Below, piece by piece: positions 56,883-64,000 of a stretch of DNA of 64,000 nt. The stretch's first letter is position 1. Every line of letters starts with the position of its first letter. Both the position numbers and the translations under genes were made by a program. The notes under the pieces were generated by a model. The model was given only the letters and a program-made list of their open reading frames with translations. It had not been told where the DNA came from and did not search any database. Source of the stretch: Ascidiella aspersa (taxonomy: Eukaryota); the NCBI GenBank assembly GCA_963924565.1, contig OZ004613.1, forward strand, positions 21,266,001 through 21,330,000, in the 5' to 3' direction.

Positions 56883-57960
56883 CTGTCCGGTTTCGATCCA
56901 AATGTTGCTGTAAGATATATATTATAAAACATCCAGCATGCTTACTGTTGCATCAAGACATAATTTTAATTGAATATTCTTTTACTCTTTTGTGTGCAAT
57001 TGTTTTCCATTTTTGAGTCATAATTTCAAGAGTTTTTATATTGTCATGTTTATTTGTTAGTTACAGTTTCTAATTTTTACATAGTTGGTATATATGAATT
57101 CATTTATTGTATATTTTTTTCGCAACAAAGCCGGATGCAATGCCAGGTACGATATAATTTTGTTAAATGTTTGTATATTTTTGTCACAAACTCAACTACT
57201 ACGTTAGCTATCCGCGCTTTGCTTAACTGTCATATTTGTTGATTTTTTATATATTATTTATTCTTATGTAATTATTTCGTTTGATATTGACATAAATTGC
57301 CGAGATACGTTTAATAAATTGCTTCCTTAACTTGAAAATATATTTTACGATGTTTATATCTCAAATAAAATTTATCTGTTCGCATTGTTGTAAGGGTGTG
57401 CGTTGCAGATCTTTGCTTAGGGATGTTCTTTACAGTTCAGTGAGTCGATCACTGGAACACCTACGTTCGGCAATCATTTACTTAAAGAATGCGAAGCCCT
57501 TTGCATAAGCAGTACACCAACAACCAGTTCAGTTTAATTTTGCAAAAATTATAAGTCTAGATTCTACTTTTCCAGCAATTTATTAATGTATACAATTAAT
57601 CAAACATGTCAATGAGAATTATTATGTCATCGAATAGAGATTAAACAAGCAACATTGCAGTGATAATACACAGTAATATGTTTTGTCAGCTGTGACTTAC
57701 TTGAATGACAGAAAGTTCGACAACGAGTAACGCGATTCGTTAAGGCCACGTGGCCACAAACCCGAACCGTATTTTTGCCTTTTTTAAATACATAAATGTA
57801 AAAAATAACTCCTTTGTAAGGCCTATATCGAAATAAGAAAACTGCAACTTTGGTTGGCAACCACTGTGACACAGTTATTCAACAACTACTTTCACATATG
57901 TTGCACAACGAACCAAGAAAATGAATTAGGCAATAAGCCTCTCTTGCATGTTGTCTAAAC

Positions 57961-58345
57961 CAGTGGTCGGCAACCACCGGTGTGCGGACCGGTGCCGGTC
58001 CGCGAGAAGTTCGTTACCGGTCCGTAGCAGGGTTGCCGAATAAAAAATTGATATAAACCCAAACCGTACGTAAAATGCGGAAAAAACAGAATAAAGTAAA
58101 AAATAATTAAATGAATTTTTCATTCAAAATACATTAACTTCCGTTTAAACATTCTCCATGTTTGATTGGTTTGATAAAAAATCCCTATTAGTATTAAGCA
58201 CTCGTGAGCATCAAAACAACCAGTGTGCTGTGGCCATATGAGTTGTATTGCAAAATGATTAATTATTTTGATGTTTAAGGCCGGTACGCGAAAAAAAATT
58301 TAGTTTTAAACCGGTCTGTAGTGCCAAAAAGGTTGCCGATCCCTG
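57961..58345. mobile_element. hAT-type MITE
   Basis: TIRs cagtggtcggcaacc / ggttgccgatccctg; TSD gtctaaac / gtctgaac. Confidence 0.8.
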
Positions 58346-58528
58346 GTCTGAACAGATCAACCGCAACATGCTAAATTCGTATAGGCCAAATGTGACTGAC
58401 TAAAAAGACCGAAAAATGTTGATTAACTGAGCGAGACGCCGCGGCAAAGTCTTAAAAACCGGCACTTTCCCGGATAAAACCGAACATATCGTATGTGCCG
58501 CTTGTCCAAGGGTTATAGTAGCGCTAGA

Positions 58529-58774
58529 GCAGAGGCGTAGCCAGGGTATTTTGCGCCGGGGGATTCCTGTAAAATTGCCGTCCCTCCATATGTTTAATCA
58601 CATTTTCGATTACATTAACTAACATAATACGGTATACCTTATACGGCAAAACAATATAAATTTTAGTAAAACCACTGTATTTAAAGAAGAAGCAGCCTTA
58701 TTTTTCCATTTGTAAGTCTCATTTTGGCGCCCGGGGACATACGTACCCTTCCGACCCCCTTAGCTACGCGTTTG
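58529..58774. mobile_element. Small MITE
   Basis: Inverted ends cagaggcgtagc / gctacgcgtttg; no clear TSD. Confidence 0.5.
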
Positions 58775-59172
58775 CGCAATAAAGCAGGTTAAAAACTCAC
58801 GCCTTCTTTTTTAAACAAAAAGTGCTAAACTAATCACTGAATAATTACTGAAAATAATTATTGCTAATAACTGAATAATCCAAGTTTTTTGACTTTTTAT
58901 TTGAATAATTAAGCATAATAAATTAAAACATGTGTGTTATTATTGAACCTAGCCTACTAGTACTGTGTTATTACGAGTATAGTTACATTGCCACAAAGCG
59001 TTTTTCAGTTTATTCACCAGTTTCAACAAGACCTTAATATGCAAAAAATGGCAATTGAAATACAGCTACGTTATATTTAATCTGAGTATGTGCAACGAAG
59101 TAAATCAGTTTTTATAATCCATGCATGCTCAGTTTTGGTCGATCCGCTAGGGTCCTTCCATTAACATCCCAT

Positions 59173-61477
59173 CTATTCTAGCAGATCATCATCTAGAAAA
59201 CAAATAATGAGATCTACTATGGTGGCCTACATATGTAACGTTTATCTGACTTCATGTGTTTGCATGTTACGTGGATAGGTCTTCAACTTAAACAATAAAT
59301 TGTGGTTGTTTAACACTGCATTTATAGCGTCTCGTAAAGAAAAAGTTTATCAAACCACAAAAATTGAATGCAGTTTTATACAACATAAAAAAGTCGAACA
59401 ATAGAGCGGTGAACGCAAAATGATGCCCCGCAAGCTTGAGATGTTTTCACGATTTTTTAACTATTAGGACTTTTATTATACCGTTTTTGTAACGTAACGT
59501 AACATTTCTTAAGCAGGGACTGTATTATAGATGTCCTTGGATTGACGACACCCGGCTAATTTGTCGATTTAACCTACCGAATTGGGGGGCTAACAGATTG
59601 TTTAATTGCTTGATTTTTTCCTCTGCATCTGCTTTGTCGGAGGAAGCCTGAATGTCTTTTGCGATTTCCGCTATTGTTTGGTCAAACATGTCCGGATCCT
59701 AAAAATATAAAATTTTTACTATCGGAAAACGGGCTTTGTTCGACTGCGACATATAACTGTTTTATAGGAAAGGTATCCTAACTGTTACATTCACGGGACA
59801 ACTTTCTTCATTACACAGTTATAGTTAAGGAAGATAAATACAACAGTGGTTCCTAACCTTGATTTGATCAAACCATTCACAAAAAATGAAAATAATTTAA
59901 TTGTATTTTGTTAATAAATCATTGGATGTAAAAAAAATTTCTATAAATTTATAGGCTGCTTAGGCCTTTAATGCGCGATTGAATACAGTTAAACCATTTT
60001 AGTTATGAACTGCAGCACACGAACGGTTCCATTGAATTTTATCGTAACACCCGAGAGACTCTACCGTTTTTGCACTTACGTGTCGACTGTCGCACTATGC
60101 CAGTGTTATTATTTAGTTATTTTGAAATGACATAATTAGTTCCAGTCAAGTCAATTAAAGCAATTAGTCAATTTTAAGTCGTTGACATAAAAAGTAAACG
60201 TTAACTATTAAAATTGGGTATTTAGCTCGATTATAAACAAAACTTCTCCAAAAAAATAACAAACACCCAACATATTGCAAGCAAAAGCTTTTACGTGCGA
60301 AATTTAAGATAAATAACTAAATTTTTAATGAAAACACTTTAATTCAACCAACGCCATTTGTCCAAAAGACTTAAGTCAAGTCAAGGCAATTGAAAACCTA
60401 AAATAAGTGTATTACAACACTGCATATATATGCTGTGTAAAAACAATTCACGTCAAATTTTAATTTTTCTTTTACCATTATTACAACTCAAATTTTAATT
60501 TTTCTTTTACCATTATTTAAAATTATATGTAAGGCATCAAGTTAGAGTCTTTTAACTCAAACTCTGCACACATTTTTGAAGGACTTTAAAATGTGCGCTT
60601 ATACAGAAGTAATTGTGCGCATATTTTCACGTGCACATCGGGCTAATTGGAGGGCCACCGTTAAGAAACACTGGTTTTGTCTGTATTCTATTATTACACT
60701 TTTGAAACTATAACTATGAGCGTAATAATAATAATAACAAAACAATCTTCCAAGTTAAAACTGTATAACATACTTGCGACTGAAGATTTTTCAAATAATC
60801 GACGGCAACATCCATGTTTTCCTGGTCCCAGAAACGTAGGCCTTTTAGTACCCACCTTCCAATTGTCTTGGCGATTCGTAACGTCCTAAAACCGACACAA
60901 CATAATTTGTTACGCAATATTAATTTGCACATCAAAGTACTCTTTACAAAACTTTGGCTATGTAAAGCGTAATCCAACAGCATTTTTCAGCAATACCATT
61001 TGCATTTTTGGCCTACTACAGTATGTGCGGCGCCACATACAAATTGGTATAAATACCAGTGGAACAAAAGACACACGGTCATAACATTTTGCAGTCGTGA
61101 CGTTAAACAGTAAAAAATATGAAAACCCAGCGCAAAATTAGTTAACACGTTTGCAAGTCATTTTTAAATGACTTAAGACAAAGTCAAGTCTTTTACAAAA
61201 ATAAAAGGAAATATTAAATAAAAAAAATAGTTTTATGAAACAAAGTCACGTGACATAATAGCTTAAGGCAAGTTAAGCTTTTCAAGACCAGTGACTTAAG
61301 TGTATTACCTTAAATCCTTACAACCCTGGTATACACAACAGCGAAGTAAAGTGCCACTCACTTGTGCCACGAGCCTCTCCATCTTCTTCGTCTTGTGACT
61401 CGGTGAAGACGTCTATTTGACTCGGTAAAAACAACCAAGGAAAGAATAGACAACAATAGAAGGGTTTTGTTGTTCAT
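59173..61477 (-). CDS. Secreted cationic (antimicrobial-type) peptide precursor, 122 aa, 4 coding exons
   Basis: Exons 61477-61362, 60885-60774, 59698-59578, 59192-59173 with GT-AG introns and matching phases 2/0/1 (369 nt): MNNKTLLLLSILSLVVFTES-NRRLHRVTRRRRWRGSWHKTLRIAKTIGRWVLKGLRFW-DQENMDVAVDYLKNLQSQDPDMFDQTIAEIAKDIQASSDKADAEEKIKQLNNLLAPQFDDDLLE*. Confidence 0.85.
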
Positions 61478-64000
61478 GACCAACGTTCCTAACCACCATA
61501 TAATAAAGTTATGTTAAAATAATATAAGACAACAGTAGTAACGGTACGAATCCGTAAAATGCCACGCACAACAGTACCAACCTTACTTACTTCTATTATT
61601 CTTGTATAGGCGTTTTTTACTCTGTAAATACAGACCTATGTTTTACGACAAAAGTTTTTTTTTTGACAAATAGTGTCGCAATATAAATGTACATATTTGC
61701 TAATATTAGTCAATGCACACTTTTAACCGTTTTAGAAATAATAGGACTTTAAAAGACCAGACAATTATCTGAATTCATATATATAACTATAGTTCAAAAA
61801 TCTTATCTTTACCGGTTCCCTTGCATCCAAAGTTACAAACGCTTAATTTAAAAATGTTGCATTTCATACCCATATATAAAGCACATAACAATATACCTAT
61901 TTCTACCCTACGCAAAACGGATCGATTCGCAAAAGCATTCAAGACCAGTATCACGCAAGAGGGAAAAAATCAAAAAAAGTTCGGTCATTGTTGCAGATAG
62001 TTCAGCAGCCATATTTTTACATACAAACCTTGGTTCACGTTATAGCATACTTTCAGTGCGACTTTTATTCACAAAAATTTGCATCGCTAAAGAAACAAAT
62101 ATTGACAATCCAAAAACGTCTTGATGTCGCCAATGCGAAATATATATATATTACCTTTAACGAACGTTTGATCGGTGCAGTTTATGACTTTTTGAAATTT
62201 GAGTTTTTACGTTTTGCACACAATATTCTCGAAATTGTTAAGCGGTAAAAAAAATGTTGACATCATTTTGTTGTATTAAAAGCTTGTAAAAGTCCAAATC
62301 TACACGTAAAGGCTTATGAGTAAAAACTCGGCCGGGCCATACTGTCGCCTAAGCAAAACCAGTTCACAAAAAATCAGTTTGGGTTCGGTTTTGGACTCCC
62401 TGGTTTACCCCGTATATTTACAAAGAACTATATAAAGAACTACCTTGATTTACGGCACTACGAATCGATTTACAAACAACGCAAATAAAATGCTAATTCG
62501 AGTCTTTTCCCATTTTGGAGGAATTTGTTCATAAAAGTCTGCCTTATGCCATACAAAAACATACGAAATTCCCTAGATTTTGCAATAATATTGGAAACAT
62601 TTTATATATGCTTTTAATTGGTTTGTGCGTGCAAATTGAGCTCGTGCGAATATGATCATATTAATTTGCAAAAAGTTTATAGAAAATTTCAAAAATGCAT
62701 GGTCGTGCATTTTGAAATCACTAAGACGTGAGATATATACATACTTCTCCCAATTATCATATTGGTTGGTAGATTCAGGTTAAGCTATTTGCATTTTTCC
62801 GTTTTGCGAGGAGTTTTTATTATTTTAATGGTAATTTGCGTAGCAACATATGGCGAAATTCCAAGGTATATTTGCATGTATTATTTAGTGCTATGCGCTA
62901 ATTACTACAAATGACCAAATTTGACTTCTTACCATTCATCATTTCAATAGCCAAAGCAGCTCATTGTTAAAGCCTAATAAAAAAGTCTATAAACGTTTTT
63001 AAAAGTATGCATTACAGATTTACGCGCCTTCATGCTAATTGTTGTATTGTAGAACGGGATAGTGCGCGTCACAAAGTATTCAGTAAATTCAAAGACAAAT
63101 CAGACCATAATATCAGCTATTATATCACATTTTTTTGCAGACATTTGTAATTATCACAGATTTTAATTAGTACAAACTTTTCTATAATCACCCTTGACGT
63201 AATTTGCGCATTATGGTGCGAGCACACTATAACTTAGTCTAATTAGCGAGGTTTCATCATCAAAAACAACTGAACCAGCACTTCGTTATACGTCATTATC
63301 ATTGAAACAGTAGTCATGAGAAGGGACCAGTGCCAAGTCGTTCATAACTTTATTATCCCTTTGTAGAGCATAGTCTCTCCTGTATTGCGACTTTCAAAAT
63401 TTTTAGTAAAAAAATAAAAAAACGTATTTTCTACTATTTCGGTTTTAGGTCTTCTTGTTAAATAACCACGCATGTAATCTAATTTCTGTACAAGTATTTG
63501 CGTGATAGCTTGGTCAAATGTAACCCCGGTCCGACTTAAATAACCAATCTTGTAATATTCGTTAATTATGAAAAAAAATGAGGTGTTTAAGGAAAGCTTC
63601 TTAATAAACTTATAAATACCGTTTACGTAGAAGTTTTGAACCATCTTCAACAAGTTTAAATAGATATTATATAGGAGTGTTTGACCAATTTATAGCGTCA
63701 AGTTTTTTAATAAGTTAGCAGCAAATCGCATTTATTTTTTATATTTAATGTTATTTAATAAAATTTGCATCGACAAAATATCCCAAACAATAAAGAATCC
63801 AAATATGATATTGCTTTACAATTTGGTCAAAATATAAGATCAAAATAGTTTGTGGAGTAAGGTAAGCTATATTAGGGTTACCATATTTTCGTGACCTGAA
63901 ATCCGGACACTCTTTAGTCCCCACTAGCGGTTTTTAAAATGAGGTATGAACACATTGTCTGTCAATATGACATCACCCTAGCAATGCTTTGCCTAACCAT

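Overview
Compact, AT-rich animal genomic DNA with short GT-AG introns, probably an ascidian/tunicate (inferred from gene and repeat content, not proven). Almost all ORF-track entries are exon fragments or noise, so genes were assembled by hand from splice sites and reading phase. Intact spliced genes: a 290-aa multi-pass membrane protein (1018-4988, -), TIMM22 (18860-20194, -), CSTF2 (32960-45385, -), a peroxisomal ACOT/BAAT-family enzyme with a Cys nucleophile (55054-56882, +) and a 4-exon secreted cationic-peptide precursor that looks like a new antimicrobial peptide (59173-61477, -). There is also a decayed C-type-lectin/adhesion-GPCR pseudogene (12.1-14.6 kb, -). The most striking structure is a young 6571-bp Foldback-type Mutator (MULE) transposon at 46900-53470. 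It has a 9-bp TSD, ~830-bp modular TIRs and a transposase fused to a Ulp1/SENP-type protease and a PHD finger. Upstream of the transposase is a 150-bp tandem array in which each unit is an 81-nt intron plus a 69-nt exon encoding a SUMO consensus site (LKQE). The rest of the window is dense in hAT-type MITEs (one triple-nested), a second Foldback element carrying a tRNA-like unit, and a 17+17-bp P-type excision footprint.
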